A DNA stretch of 64,000 nucleotides from Zetaproteobacteria bacterium (GTDB lineage: Bacteria > Pseudomonadota > Zetaproteobacteria > Mariprofundales > J009). Shown here piece by piece: positions 1 to 11,979 of this stretch (its first letter is position 1; every line of letters starts with the position of its first letter). The position numbers and the translations under genes are program-made. The notes under the pieces are model-generated. The model was not told the DNA's origin. It ran no database searches and saw only the letters and a list, made by a program, of their open reading frames with translations. The stretch covers positions 24,169 to 88,168 of the forward strand of contig RFFX01000005.1 in NCBI GenBank assembly GCA_003696765.1, written 5' to 3'.

Positions 1-1443
1 CGCTACGCCCGCCGTCTCCCCGAAGGGATGGCGGCCGCCATCCGGGAGATCGATCCGAACGCCGTCTCCGCCGCCACCGGCGTCCCGGTCGAGCGGATCC
101 ACCGGCTCCACCAACTGCTCGTCACGCGCAGCCCGAGCCTGGTGCTCTCCGGCGCCAGCGCCGAGGGTGTGGAGCACGGCTCGGAGACCGCCCAGGCCAT
201 CCTGCTGCTCAACGTCATGCTGGGCAATGTCGGCAAGACCATTCTGCCGCGCAGCCCCCAACCCTTCCCCGACCTCGCGCCGGTCATGGGGGGGTGGTCG
301 GAGCTGCGCGCCTTCCTCGACAAGCTCAACCGCGGCGACATCGACACCGCGGTGGTCTACGGCACCAACCCCATCTATCAGGCGCCGGCGGTGCTCGGAG
401 CCGACAAGGCCTTCGCCCGGGCGAAGCACCGCATCGCCTTCTCCATGTTCCCCGACGAGACCACCATGGCCTGCGACCTGGTGCTGCCGGTCCGCTCCTA
501 CCTCGAGGAGTGGAACACCACCATGCCGGCCTACAGTCCGGAGGATGGTCTGCTCGGGCTGCAGCAACCGGTGATGAATCCGGTCTTCGGCGACGACGGT
601 CCGCGCCCCTTCGGGGATCTGCTGCTTGGCGTGCTGCGCATGCTCGATGCGCGCTTCGGCAAGTGGAAGCGCTACGAGGAGTATGTCATGGAGGCGCTCT
701 TCACCATGCGCCCGGCGATGATCGATCCGCCGAAGATCACCACCCCCGGCCAGACCGAGGAGGATGCCTTCCGTCAGGGGATCCTCGCCAGGGGATTCGT
801 CCGCCTCAAACACGGGGAGGCCGGCCGGCTTGCCCCCCGGGTGGAGCCGGTGGAGCTGCCCGAGCCGTCGAAGGCCGAGGGGAGCTACCCGTTCCATCTC
901 GTTCCCACCCCCAGGCTCGGGCTGTGGGACGGACGCCACGCCAACCTCCCCTGGCTGCAGGAGCTGCCCGACCAGCTCACCGCGGTGGTGTGGGATTCCT
1001 GGGTGGAGATCCATCCGGAGACCGCAAAGAAGCTCGGGGTCATCACCGGCGACGTGGTGCGGGTCAGCTCGCCCGCCGGCGCGCTCGAGGCCAAGGTGGT
1101 CCTCTTCCCGGGTATCCAGCGCGACTCGGTGGGGATCCCCCTCGGTCAGGGGCATACCGAGTACGGCCGCTACGCCAAGGGGATCGGGGTCAACCCCTAC
1201 AAGATCCTCGAGGCCCGCTTCGACCGGAAGACGGGGGAGCTGGCCACCCACGCCACCCGGGTGGCGGTGCAAAAGGTGGCCGACCGCGGGCCGCTGGTCA
1301 CCCTGGCCCACGGCGACCTGGTGCTGGAGAGCAACACCGCCCGCCAGGCCGGGCGGAAGATCGTCAAGACGGTACGGGCCAAAGACTTCGACCGCACCGA
1401 GGCCGGGATGTCCGCCACCCATCCCGAAAAGAAGGAGGTATAA
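1..1443 (+). CDS. actB: Molybdopterin-oxidoreductase-like subunit, C-terminal part (5' end lies outside the window); ActB1-type module of an alternative complex III (ACIII)-like cluster
   Basis: Frame 1 is open from base 1, and track ORF 28..1443 is only its first Met. The translation looks like the C-terminal half of a MopB-superfamily oxidoreductase. It is followed 4 nt later by a 4Fe-4S subunit, then NrfD-like, DUF3341-like, monohaem-c and second membrane subunits, which is the ActBCDEF order. Confidence 0.75.
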   Translation, partial: RYARRLPEGMAAAIREIDPNAVSAATGVPVERIHRLHQLLVTRSPSLVLSGASAEGVEHGSETAQAILLLNVMLGNVGKTILPRSPQPFPDLAPVMGGWSELRAFLDKLNRGDIDTAVVYGTNPIYQAPAVLGADKAFARAKHRIAFSMFPDETTMACDLVLPVRSYLEEWNTTMPAYSPEDGLLGLQQPVMNPVFGDDGPRPFGDLLLGVLRMLDARFGKWKRYEEYVMEALFTMRPAMIDPPKITTPGQTEEDAFRQGILARGFVRLKHGEAGRLAPRVEPVELPEPSKAEGSYPFHLVPTPRLGLWDGRHANLPWLQELPDQLTAVVWDSWVEIHPETAKKLGVITGDVVRVSSPAGALEAKVVLFPGIQRDSVGIPLGQGHTEYGRYAKGIGVNPYKILEARFDRKTGELATHATRVAVQKVADRGPLVTLAHGDLVLESNTARQAGRKIVKTVRAKDFDRTEAGMSATHPEKKEV

Positions 1444-1446
1444 GCC

Positions 1447-2300
1447 ATGGCCCTCAAGCGGATGCTGGAGCACTGGTCCGATTTCCGGAAGCGGGACTAC
1501 TACGAGGACGAGCCCTACATGTGGGGCATGTCGATCGATCTGAACAAGTGCATCGGCTGCGGCGCCTGCGTCACCGCCTGTTATGCCGAGAACAACCTGC
1601 CGGTGGTGGGCAAGGAGCGCTACGCCACCGGCCACGCCATGCACTGGATGCGGATCGAGCGCTTCTGGGAGGAGCCGGAGGGCGAGGCGGATATCGACAT
1701 CGAGCAGAGCGAATACCCCGAGCGGGGCGCCCACTACATCCCGATGCTCTGCCAGCAGTGCAACCATGCGCCGTGCGAGCCGGTCTGCCCGGTGGCGGCC
1801 ACCTACCACACCCCCGACGGCCTCAACGCACAGGTCTACAACCGCTGCATCGGCTCGCGCTACTGCGGCAACAACTGCCCCTACAAGGTGCGCTACTTCA
1901 ACTTCTTCGACTTCAACACCGAAATCCCCCACCCGCTGGAGATGCAGCTCAACCCCGACCTTTCGGTCCGCAGCAAGGGGGTGATGGAGAAGTGCACCTT
2001 CTGTGTCCAGCGCATCCGGGCGGCCAAGGATGCGGCCGAGGACGAGGGGCATCGCGACCACATCGAGGACGGCAGCTTCCAGACCGCCTGCCAGCAGAGC
2101 TGCCCGACCGAGGCGATCGTCTTCGGCAACCTGAAGGATGAGAACAGCCGCGTGAAGCGGATGTGGGAGGAGCACGAGGTGGAACTCAACCGCCACGAGC
2201 AGACAAGTCGGAGGATATCCGCGGCTACCGGGTGCTCGAGGGGCTCAATGTCGAGCCCTGCATCATGTACCTCGAGCGCGTGCGCGACACCGAGGCCTGA
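1447..2300 (+). CDS. actB: 4Fe-4S ferredoxin-type subunit (ActB2/PsrB-like) with an apparent frameshift near 2190-2215
   Basis: ATG 1447 lies 4 nt after the upstream TAA. Frame 1 carries the Cys clusters [45 protein letters not shown] and CTFCVQR. The family-like C-terminus ([31 protein letters not shown] 2298-2300) reads only in frame 3. Confidence 0.7.
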
Positions 2301-2430
2301 CCGCACCGCGGCGGGCGCGGATTCCGACCCCTCGCACAACAGGCTTGCAGGCCGGCATCCGCCTCCCCCTCGCATGCGGGCGAGGCGGACGCAGGGCGGC
2401 CGCGATTTCGTCAACAAGGAGAGCAGTTCG

Positions 2431-3828
2431 ATGAACGACTACGCGATGAAGGACATCGAGTGGGCCAAGATCAACAAGGATGTGCTCAAGAGCCTCGAGT
2501 CGCCGCGCGCCGCCTTCTGGGTGGTTCTCGGGATCTGCGCGGTGCTGGTGGCGTTGGGGATCGCCGCCGAGATCTACCAGTACAACCAGGGGCTCGGCGT
2601 GGCCCTGATGAACCGGCCGCACTTCTGGCAGCTGTACATCTCCAACTTCGTCTTCTGGATCGGCATGAGCCACTCCGGCACGCTGCTGTCGGCCATTCTG
2701 CTGCTGACCAAGGCCGACTGGCGCAAGCCGATCTACCGCTTCGCCGAGGCGATGACGCTCTTCTCCATCCTGACCGCGGCCATCTTCCCGGTGATCCACT
2801 TGGGAAGGGTGTGGAACATGTACTGGGTGTTGCCCTATCCGAACGAGCGCACCATCTGGCCCAACTTCCGCTCGCCGCTGCTGTGGGACGCCGCAGCCAT
2901 CACCACCTACGCCACCAGCTCGGCGCTCTTCCTCTACGTCGGCATGATTCCTGACCTGGCCATCTGCCGCGACAACGCCAAAGGATGGCGCAAGAAGCTC
3001 TACACCGCGCTGTCGGTCGGCTGGATGGGACGCGCCACCGAGTGGCTCGCCTTCCGCAAGACCTACGTGCTGATGGCCTGCTTCCTGGTACCGCTGGCCG
3101 TCTCGGTCCACTCGATCGTCGCCTCGGACTTCGCCATGTCGATCATGCCCGACTGGCACATCACCTCCTTCCCACCCTACTTCGTCGCCGGCGCCCTCTA
3201 CTCCGGCTGCGCGGCGATCATCACCCTCTTCGTGCTGCTCCGGTACGTCTTCCGCTTCGAGGAGTACATGACCACCGAGATCATGGACAAGACCGCCAAG
3301 CTCACCTTCGCCATCGCCATGGTATGGAACTACCTCAACCTCTCCGAGTACGCCTCCATCTGGTACTCCAACGACATGTACGAGAAGGAGGTGCTGCTGG
3401 AGAAGTTCTTCGGGCCCTACTGCTGGATCGTCTGGGGCATGCTCTTCTGCGCCACCGTGGCGCCGTTCGCCATGGCCTTCAAGAAGGTGCGGCACAACAT
3501 GTGGGCCATGTTCTGGCTCTCGTTGATCCTGCAACTGGGGATGTGGCTGGAGCGGTTCCAGATCGTCAGCCCGCCGCTGGCCAGCAACCACGAGCCGTGG
3601 ACCTGGGCGGTGGTCTGGCCGGGGCTGGTGCAGCTGACCATCACCCTGGCCAGCTTCGGCTGGTTCACCATGCTGTTCCTCATCTTCTGCAAGGTGTTCC
3701 CCAGCGTCTCCATGTATGAGGTCAAGGAGATGGTCTTCCACCGGCGCAAGGCCAGTTCACGCGCCGAGCTGGAGGATCTGAACAAGATCAAGGACGAGAT
3801 GGTGCAACTCGAGGAGAAGCTGGCATGA
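2431..3828 (+). CDS. actC: NrfD/PsrC-type polytopic membrane quinol-binding subunit (ActC)
   Basis: ATG 2431 is preceded by AAGGAG at 2416-2421. The product is a polytopic hydrophobic protein of about 465 aa, contained in track ORF 1447..3828. Its position after the Fe-S subunit fits ActC. Confidence 0.85.
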   Translation: MNDYAMKDIEWAKINKDVLKSLESPRAAFWVVLGICAVLVALGIAAEIYQYNQGLGVALMNRPHFWQLYISNFVFWIGMSHSGTLLSAILLLTKADWRKPIYRFAEAMTLFSILTAAIFPVIHLGRVWNMYWVLPYPNERTIWPNFRSPLLWDAAAITTYATSSALFLYVGMIPDLAICRDNAKGWRKKLYTALSVGWMGRATEWLAFRKTYVLMACFLVPLAVSVHSIVASDFAMSIMPDWHITSFPPYFVAGALYSGCAAIITLFVLLRYVFRFEEYMTTEIMDKTAKLTFAIAMVWNYLNLSEYASIWYSNDMYEKEVLLEKFFGPYCWIVWGMLFCATVAPFAMAFKKVRHNMWAMFWLSLILQLGMWLERFQIVSPPLASNHEPWTWAVVWPGLVQLTITLASFGWFTMLFLIFCKVFPSVSMYEVKEMVFHRRKASSRAELEDLNKIKDEMVQLEEKLA

Positions 3829-4361
3829 GGAAAAGAAGAAGACACTTTCTCTTTGCGACCTACGAGGATTTCGACAAGGCGCGCGATGTCGTCGCCGAGC
3901 TCAAGGTGCTCGACCTGAAAGAGATGGTGGTGCAGAACATCGAGATCTACTCGCCGATCGAGCACCCCGAGGTGGAGGAGATCCTGGGCGAGTTCCATCA
4001 GCCGATCCAGCGCTTCACCTTCTTCGGGGCCATCGGCGGGGCCATCGGCGGCTTCCTCCTGGTCGCCGCGGCGGCGCAGTCGATGTTCACCGTCCAACCA
4101 CAGGGAGGCAAACCGGTGATTCCGCTGCCGCCGGACATCGTCATCACCTACGAAGGGACCATCCTCATCGGGGTGTTGAGCACGCTGGCCGCCTTCTTCA
4201 TCTACTCGGGGCTGCCGCGCAGCCTGCGCAAGCACTACAACGAGAAGGTGAGCGAGGATCAGATCGGCATCGAGGTGGAGGTGCTGCCGCGCCACCGCGA
4301 GAAGGTGCGCGAGGTGCTCGAACGGTGCAACGCCTCCGAGATCCGGGAAGTGACGCTATGA
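3825..4361 (+). CDS. actD: ACIII subunit ActD (DUF3341-type, two C-terminal TM helices)
   Basis: Track ORF of 178 aa. It has an ATGA start/stop overlap with actC. The soluble N-terminal domain plus hydrophobic C-terminal half is typical of ActD. Confidence 0.75.
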   Translation: MRKRRRHFLFATYEDFDKARDVVAELKVLDLKEMVVQNIEIYSPIEHPEVEEILGEFHQPIQRFTFFGAIGGAIGGFLLVAAAAQSMFTVQPQGGKPVIPLPPDIVITYEGTILIGVLSTLAAFFIYSGLPRSLRKHYNEKVSEDQIGIEVEVLPRHREKVREVLERCNASEIREVTL

Positions 4362-4927
4362 AGAAGACACTGCTCCTCATCACCATCATGGCACTGCCCA
4401 CCGCGGTGCTGGCCTGGCCCTGGTCGCGCGATCTGATGAACCAGCCGTCGATCAAGCCGCAGGAGCCGCCGATCCACACCTACCCCAAGGATTCCGTGCC
4501 GGTGGGCGGGCTGTGGACCAAGGTGGCCGACCGCGACGCCGCCGAGAACATCAAAAACCCCATCCCACCGACGAAGGAGTCGATCGCCAAGGGTCGGGCG
4601 CTGTTCCGCATCTACTGCATGCCCTGCCACGGCTACTCCGGCAAGGGGGACGGCCCGGTGGGCAAGATCTTCGAGACCCAGCCGGCCGACCTCACCTCCG
4701 ACTACGTCAAGGACGACCTGACCGACGGCTGGATCTGGGGGACGATCACCTTTGGCAGCTACATCATGCCGCGCTACGGCTACGACATGTCACCGACCGA
4801 GCGCTGGCACGTGGTCAACTACATCCGACAGGAGCTGGAGAAGCGGATGACCGCAACCAGCAAGGAAGAGCGCGCCCGGCAGGTGCTCTCGACCATCAAC
4901 GGCAACAAGGGAGGGGAGCAGCGATGA
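4358..4927 (+). CDS. actE: Monohaem cytochrome c subunit (ActE)
   Basis: ATG 4358 overlaps the actD stop (ATGA). The signal peptide is [19 protein letters not shown]. There is a single CMPCH haem-binding motif. Confidence 0.8.
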   Translation: MKKTLLLITIMALPTAVLAWPWSRDLMNQPSIKPQEPPIHTYPKDSVPVGGLWTKVADRDAAENIKNPIPPTKESIAKGRALFRIYCMPCHGYSGKGDGPVGKIFETQPADLTSDYVKDDLTDGWIWGTITFGSYIMPRYGYDMSPTERWHVVNYIRQELEKRMTATSKEERARQVLSTINGNKGGEQR

Positions 4928-6024
4928 CACTCTCGCCAGCCAACTGGGCGGTCCTGATGGACAACTACCTTTTCGCCCTCTACATGCCGCTCGCCGCCGC
5001 CTTCTGGGCCTCGGTGCTCCACCTGGTCAACGGCAAGTGGCGCTATGAGGTGCGCTTCCTGATGGCCTCGGCCAGGGCGATGTTCCCGCTCGCCTTCGTG
5101 CTGCTGCTCATCATCCTGGCCAGCGGCGCCAACTGCTTCCCGTGGATGGGGGGCGAGACCTACGGTGAGCCGCTCAACGGCTGGCACGACCGACTCTTCT
5201 TCACCCTGCGCGAGATCGTCCTCTTCCTCGCGGTGTGGGCCTTCTGCAACCACTTCTTCAAGCTGCAGCGCAAGGAATTCCCGCACGCACCGGCCGAGGA
5301 CCGGCGCCGCTTCCGCAACGTCGCGCTGCTGGTGCCGTTCGTCTACTGCATCTACGGCACCATCGTCGGCTGGGACATGGAGATGACCCAGATGCCGCGC
5401 TGGTGGAGCCCGATCTACGGCCCCTACCACTTCGAGAGCATGATGCGCGCCTTCCTCGCCTTCTTCATCGTCTCGCTCTACGTGCTGCGGCAGCGCGACG
5501 TGCTCCGGCGGCGGATCAACGACTACGTCTTCAACTACTGCGCCCAGATCATGCTGGCGTTGACCATCATCTGGACCTACGCCTTCTTCGTCCAGTACCT
5601 GGTGATGTGGTACGGCGACCTGCCGGAGGAGATCGAGCGCTACCACAACATGATGGACGGCCCCAACTGGTTCCTCTTCTGGGCCTTCTTCCTGCTCAAC
5701 TCCTTCGTGCCATTCTTCATGTTGATCTTCAGCGCCATGCGCCACTCGCCCAGCCTGATGCTCTTCCCCTCGATCAGCATCCTGATCGGCACCTTCCTCG
5801 AGCACTACATGTGGATCATCAGCCCGCGCGCCAAGGATATCGACCACACCCCCTTCCTCTCGTCGTGGGTCGACGTCGCCATCACCGGCGTCATCTTCTG
5901 CATCGGCTTCTACCTCTGGCACCATCAGATGCGCAAGGACGGCCTCTACTGGGAAGGAGGCACCGAGGAAGAGGAGGAGGCGCGCATGCTCGAACTGGAG
6001 GAGCGGGCCCGCTTCGAGCACTGA
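4924..6024 (+). CDS. actF: ACIII membrane subunit ActF (second NrfD-like quinone-binding subunit)
   Basis: ATG 4924 overlaps the actE stop (ATGA). The product is a polytopic membrane protein of about 366 aa, in frame within track ORF 4513..6024. It is the last gene of the cluster. Confidence 0.7.
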   Translation: MTLSPANWAVLMDNYLFALYMPLAAAFWASVLHLVNGKWRYEVRFLMASARAMFPLAFVLLLIILASGANCFPWMGGETYGEPLNGWHDRLFFTLREIVLFLAVWAFCNHFFKLQRKEFPHAPAEDRRRFRNVALLVPFVYCIYGTIVGWDMEMTQMPRWWSPIYGPYHFESMMRAFLAFFIVSLYVLRQRDVLRRRINDYVFNYCAQIMLALTIIWTYAFFVQYLVMWYGDLPEEIERYHNMMDGPNWFLFWAFFLLNSFVPFFMLIFSAMRHSPSLMLFPSISILIGTFLEHYMWIISPRAKDIDHTPFLSSWVDVAITGVIFCIGFYLWHHQMRKDGLYWEGGTEEEEEARMLELEERARFEH

Positions 6025-6147
6025 TCCCCGCCGAGGATCCTGCGCCTACCATCTTCCCCGGTTTCCAGGGCACTGCCGGCTGAGGAGGGGAGACCGGTCG
6101 CCGGAGGGGAGGAACAGAGCAACAGCCGTCTTTCCCTTCCGGGCCGG

Positions 6148-6194
6148 GAAGGGGAGAGGATGGGGTGACGCGGCGCCCCCATTCTCCCCCTTGC
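6148..6194. terminator. Imperfect long hairpin in the convergent actF/leuA gap (candidate bidirectional terminator)
   Basis: The arm gaaggggagaggatgggg (6148-6165) pairs imperfectly with cccccattctcccccttgc (6176-6194) around a 10-nt loop. The + strand continues TTGCTTGCGGGTT. There is no clean U-tract. Confidence 0.3.
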
Positions 6195-6202
6195 TTGCGG
6201 GT

Positions 6203-7749
<1,547 letters not shown>

Positions 7750-7750
<1 letters not shown>

Positions 7751-7790
7751 GATCGCATCGCCGGAAATCCGTCCATGGAGTTCCTGCGAC
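7750..7790 (+). repeat. Solo A-type hairpin of the five-hairpin repeat family, abutting the leuA start codon
   Basis: tgatcgcatcgccggaaatccGTCCATggagttcc matches the element terminus TGATCGAATCGCaaaaagtccGTCCGTggac. The stem is ggaaatcc/ggagttcc with loop GTCCAT. Confidence 0.5.
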
Positions 7791-7906
7791 TCGTTGTTCG
7801 GTCGGAAACCGGAAGGGGAAGGCCTCCCCGACCACCCCGTGGCCGGAGGTGCCGCACCACCGTACGGGGGGAGGCGCGGGAAAGGCTGATCCCCATGCCC
7901 GCCGGG

Positions 7907-8725
7907 TCAACAACCGACGGAGAAGAGGCGAATCCGGCGGCTGTCGAGGCGGGCCAGTGTCAGACGGTTGCCCCAGACGCAACCGCTGTCCAGGCCGAGC
8001 ACGTGGGGCTGATCGTCCACCAACCCCATCGCCGCCCAGTGGCCGAAGAGGATGCGGTAGCGCCGGCCGTGCGACTTGCCGCGCCAGCGCGCCTTGCGGT
8101 GCATGAACCAGGGCGCCTCGTCGTAACGGCTGCGGGTACGGCTGCTGTTGCGCCAGTTGAACACCCCCTCCCGGGTGCAGAAGCGGCCGCGGGTGAGCAC
8201 CGCAAGCCGGAACGCCCGCCGCTGCCGCTTCCCCTCCGGCGGCTGAACCAGCGGGGTCTGCAGCAGCCGGATCAGCCGCCTGCCCCACTCCTCGCCGCGC
8301 AGCCGCCGCTCCAGTGTTCCGGCGTAGCGTTCGGCCCGCTCCACACTCCAGCGCGGATGGAGCGCGGCATGGATCATCACCCAGCCGAGATCGTCATCGC
8401 GATGGAGCAGCGGGCGACGCCGAAGCCACTCGATCAGTTGCGGTGCATCCGCCGCGTCGAGTACGGAACGGAGCGCGGGCGGCGGCGCGATCCCCCCGGC
8501 CGCGGCATGGAGCAGGTGGAGGTCGTGGTTGCCCAGCACCACCGTACAGCGATCCCCCAGATCCTGCAGAAAGCGGAGCGTCTCCAGGGAATCCGGCCCG
8601 CGGTTGACCAGATCGCCGACACACCAGAGCCGATCGCGGCCGACCCGGAAGCCGGCATGGCGCAGCAGCCGGCGCAGGCAGCCATAACACCCCTGAATGT
8701 CCCCCACCGCATAGACCGCCGCCAT
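7907..8725 (-). CDS. apaH: Bis(5'-nucleosyl)-tetraphosphatase, symmetrical
   Basis: 272 aa. Metallophosphatase motifs YAVGDIQGC, GDLVNRGPDS and GNHD are present, and the overall match is to ApaH. Confidence 0.9.
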   Translation of the reverse strand: MAAVYAVGDIQGCYGCLRRLLRHAGFRVGRDRLWCVGDLVNRGPDSLETLRFLQDLGDRCTVVLGNHDLHLLHAAAGGIAPPPALRSVLDAADAPQLIEWLRRRPLLHRDDDLGWVMIHAALHPRWSVERAERYAGTLERRLRGEEWGRRLIRLLQTPLVQPPEGKRQRRAFRLAVLTRGRFCTREGVFNWRNSSRTRSRYDEAPWFMHRKARWRGKSHGRRYRILFGHWAAMGLVDDQPHVLGLDSGCVWGNRLTLARLDSRRIRLFSVGC

Positions 8726-8734
8726 GGGGCGGGG

Positions 8735-10093
8735 CTACAGCAGGATGCGGCTGGCCAGGCCGAGGAAGGCGAAGAAGCCGACCACGTCGGTCACCGTGGT
8801 CAACACCGTGCCCGAAGCCAGCGCCGGATCGATGTGCAGCCGCTGCAGGGTGAGCGGGATCAGCGCCCCGGCCAGCCCGGCGGCCAGCAGGTTGATCAGC
8901 ATCGCCGCGGCGATCACCACCCCCAGCTTCATCCCCAACGCAGGGAACCAGAAGAGGGCCACCACCCCCATCAGCAGGGCGAAGAAGGTTCCGGTCACGA
9001 CACTGACCAGCACCTCCTTGACCAGCGCGCGGCCGGCATTGGCCAGCGTCACCCGCCCCAGCGCGATGCCACGCACGATCACGGTCAGCGTCTGTGTACC
9101 GGCGATCCCCCCCATGCTGGCGACGATCGGCATCAGCACGGCCAACGCCACCACCCGGGAGATCGTCTGCTGGAATTGCGCGATCACCGTCGAGGCGAGG
9201 ATCGCCGTGACCAGATTGACCAGCAGCCAGACGCCGCGGCGCCAGGCGGTACGCGACACCGGCTCGCTCAGGTCGTCCTGGTCGGAGAGGGCGGCCAGGC
9301 GGAACATGTCCTCGGTCGCCTCTTCGTTGACCACATCGATGATGTCGTCGGCGGTGATCCGCCCGACCAGCACCCCGCGCTCGTCGACCACCGGCACCGC
9401 CAACAGATCGTATTTGTCAAACAGCTGCGCCACCGTCTCCTGGTCCTGCTGCGGCGTCACGGTGACGAAGTTCCGCTCGGCGGCGTCGAGCACCGGCTGA
9501 TCCGGCTCGAGGAAGAGCAGATCGTGCAGCGACAACAGGCCGACCAGCCGGTCGTCGTCATCGACGACATAGATGTAGTGCAGGTTGCCGATCTCCCGCC
9601 CCCAGCGACGCAGCACCTTGAGCACCCGCCCGGCGCTCCAGTCGGCGCGCACCTTGAAGAGCTCGGCCTGCATCAGGCCGCCGGCGCTCTCCTCGTCGTA
9701 GCCGAGCAGCGGCTTGATCTCGCGCTGCTCCTCCGGCTCAAGCTGTCCGATCACCTCGTCGGCGACCGAGCGGTCCACCGCCTGCAGCAGATCGGTGGCG
9801 TCGTCGGAATCGAGATGTTCGACCACATCACCGATCGCCTCGGGATGGAGGCTGGCCAGCAGCGTCTCCTGCATCCCCTCGGGCAGATCGAGCAGCACGT
9901 CGCCCTGCTTCTCGTCGGGGATGTAGCGCAGCAGCAGCAACCGCTCATCGTTGGTGGCGCAGTCGAGCAGCAGCTCGGCGATGTCCGCGGTGTGCATCCC
10001 GGCGAAGCGCCTGCGCAGCCCCACCGGATCACGCCGGGCGAGGGCGACCGCCTCCTCGGCGGAAAGGCTCCGCTGCTCCCGATCCTGTCGCAT
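8735..10093 (-). CDS. mgtE: Magnesium transporter MgtE
   Basis: 452 aa. It has an N-terminal MgtE cytosolic domain, a CBS pair and a C-terminal 5-TM domain with conserved acidic residues. Confidence 0.9.
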   Translation of the reverse strand: MRQDREQRSLSAEEAVALARRDPVGLRRRFAGMHTADIAELLLDCATNDERLLLLRYIPDEKQGDVLLDLPEGMQETLLASLHPEAIGDVVEHLDSDDATDLLQAVDRSVADEVIGQLEPEEQREIKPLLGYDEESAGGLMQAELFKVRADWSAGRVLKVLRRWGREIGNLHYIYVVDDDDRLVGLLSLHDLLFLEPDQPVLDAAERNFVTVTPQQDQETVAQLFDKYDLLAVPVVDERGVLVGRITADDIIDVVNEEATEDMFRLAALSDQDDLSEPVSRTAWRRGVWLLVNLVTAILASTVIAQFQQTISRVVALAVLMPIVASMGGIAGTQTLTVIVRGIALGRVTLANAGRALVKEVLVSVVTGTFFALLMGVVALFWFPALGMKLGVVIAAAMLINLLAAGLAGALIPLTLQRLHIDPALASGTVLTTVTDVVGFFAFLGLASRILL

Positions 10094-10181
10094 GCCCCGA
10101 AGGCTACGGCCCGGGCGGCGGAATAGCGAAAGCCGCGGTCGGCCTGCTGTACCTGTACGCGCCAGCCTCTAGAGTTGGCCC

Positions 10182-11897
10182 ATGCGCAGCTCCACCCTCT
10201 TCTCCCCCACCCTGCGGCAGGATCCCGCCGATGCCGACATCGCCTCCCACCGTCTGCTGCTGCGGGCCGGCTACATCCGGCGGGTGACCAGCGGCGTCTA
10301 CGACCTGCTGCCGCTCGGCCTGCGCGTGCTGCGCAACATCGAGACGATCATCCGCGACGAGCTCGACCGCGCCGGCGCGCAGGAGCTGCTCATGCCGATG
10401 ACCCAGCCGGCCGAGCTGTGGCAGCGCTCCGGCCGCTGGGAGAAGTACGGCCGCGAGTTGCTGCGCTTCGTCGACCGCCACGACCACCCCTCCTGCCTCG
10501 GCCCGACCCACGAAGAGGTGATCTGCGACCTGGTGGCACGCGACCTGCGCTCCTGGCGGCAACTGCCGCTCAACTTCTACCAGATCCAGGCCAAGTTCCG
10601 CGACGAGATCCGCCCCCGCTTCGGCCTGCTGCGCGGACGCGAATTCATCATGAAGGACGCCTACTCCTTCCACGCCGACGACGATGACCTGGCCCGTGAA
10701 TACGAGCGGATGTTCGCCTGCTACCAGCGCATCTTCACCCGGCTGGGGCTGCGCTTCCGCGCGGTCGAGGCCGACACCGGCGCCATCGGCGGCAACCGCA
10801 GCCACGAGTTCCACGTGCTGGCCGAGGCCGGCGAGGATCTGCTCGCCTATTGCACGGCGTGCGACTACGCCGCCAATGTGGAGAAGGCGGAGAGCATCCG
10901 GCCCGATCCCGTGGAGGAGCCAGAGGAGCGCGCCGAGGCCGCTCCCGAGCCGGTGGCCACCCCGCAGGTGCGCGCCGCCGACGAGGTGGCCGCCTTCCTC
11001 GGCATCCCGGCCGGCCGACTGATCAAAACCCTGCTCTACAAGGTGCGCGGCGGACCGCACGACGGCGCCACCGTCGCCGCCTGCGTCGCCGGCGACGACC
11101 AGCTGCAGGAGGTCAAGCTGCTGCGCGCGCTCGATGCGCAGGAGCTGACCATGGCCGACGATGCGGCCATCCGGTCCGTCGGCGGGGTGGCCGGCTTCAT
11201 CGGCCCGCTCGGGCTCGACTGCCCGGTGCTGATCGACCGGGCGCTGCGCGAGGCGCGGGGGCTGGTCGCCGGCGCCAACCGGCCCGACACCCATCTGCGC
11301 CACATCGATCCCGCCCGCGACCTGCCTAAGGCCCGCGTCGTCGATCTGCGGCAGGCTGCCGACGGTGACCGCTGCCGCCGCTGCGGCGGCACCATCGCCA
11401 CCGCCCGCGGCATCGAGGTGGGGCAGGTCTTCGCCCTCGGTCGCTGCTACACCGAGCCGATGGGGGTGGCCTTCCAGGATCGCGACGGTGAGCGGCGCAT
11501 CGCCACCATGGGCTGCTACGGCATCGGCGTCTCTCGGCTGATGGCGGCGATCGTCGAGCAGTGCCACGACGATGCCGGCATTTGCTGGCCGATGGCGGTA
11601 GCCCCCTTCCCGCTGGCGCTGATCTCGCTGGGTAACGACGATGCGGTCATGGCGGCGAGCGAGCGTCTCTACCGCGCGCTGCTCGATGCCGGCATCGAAC
11701 CGCTGTGGGACGAGCGGGACGAGCGGCCCGGGGTCAAGTTCAAGGATGCCGAATTGATGGGCCTGCCGCTGCAGCTGGTGGTGGGCAGGCGGGGGCTGGA
11801 CGCCGGCACGGTCGAGTTCGGCCGGCGGGGGGAGGCGCGGCGCGGCCTGGCGATTGAAGCGGCGATCGATGCGGTGCGCGCGGCCATCGTGAAATAG
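10182..11897 (+). CDS. proS: Prolyl-tRNA synthetase (bacterial type with editing insertion)
   Basis: 571 aa. It contains class II aaRS motifs, the typical ProRS N-terminus (TLRQDPADADIASHRLLLRAGYIRRV) and an INS domain. Confidence 0.95.
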   Translation: MRSSTLFSPTLRQDPADADIASHRLLLRAGYIRRVTSGVYDLLPLGLRVLRNIETIIRDELDRAGAQELLMPMTQPAELWQRSGRWEKYGRELLRFVDRHDHPSCLGPTHEEVICDLVARDLRSWRQLPLNFYQIQAKFRDEIRPRFGLLRGREFIMKDAYSFHADDDDLAREYERMFACYQRIFTRLGLRFRAVEADTGAIGGNRSHEFHVLAEAGEDLLAYCTACDYAANVEKAESIRPDPVEEPEERAEAAPEPVATPQVRAADEVAAFLGIPAGRLIKTLLYKVRGGPHDGATVAACVAGDDQLQEVKLLRALDAQELTMADDAAIRSVGGVAGFIGPLGLDCPVLIDRALREARGLVAGANRPDTHLRHIDPARDLPKARVVDLRQAADGDRCRRCGGTIATARGIEVGQVFALGRCYTEPMGVAFQDRDGERRIATMGCYGIGVSRLMAAIVEQCHDDAGICWPMAVAPFPLALISLGNDDAVMAASERLYRALLDAGIEPLWDERDERPGVKFKDAELMGLPLQLVVGRRGLDAGTVEFGRRGEARRGLAIEAAIDAVRAAIVK

Positions 11898-11919
11898 GTA
11901 GGAGCGGACTCCTGTCCGC
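11898..11919 (+). repeat. REP-like hairpin with a 5' GTAG
   Basis: GTAGgagcggac-tcct-gtccgc lies immediately after the proS stop. It has the architecture of classical REP units: GTAG followed by a GC-rich palindrome. Confidence 0.5.
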
Positions 11920-11979
11920 GAATGACGATGGCGCCGAACCCACACCCGTGCAGGTTCGGGGAAAGGATTCCCCTCCTGC

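Noticed and set aside
1447-3828. 793-aa ORF that would fuse the Fe-S subunit to the NrfD-like membrane subunit
   Set aside because: The 75-aa linker is Ser/Ala/Pro/Arg-rich nonsense. The family-like Fe-S C-terminus is readable in frame 3 and ends at 2300. actC has its own AAGGAG plus ATG at 2431. The region is better explained as a frameshift plus a chance open frame in GC-rich DNA.
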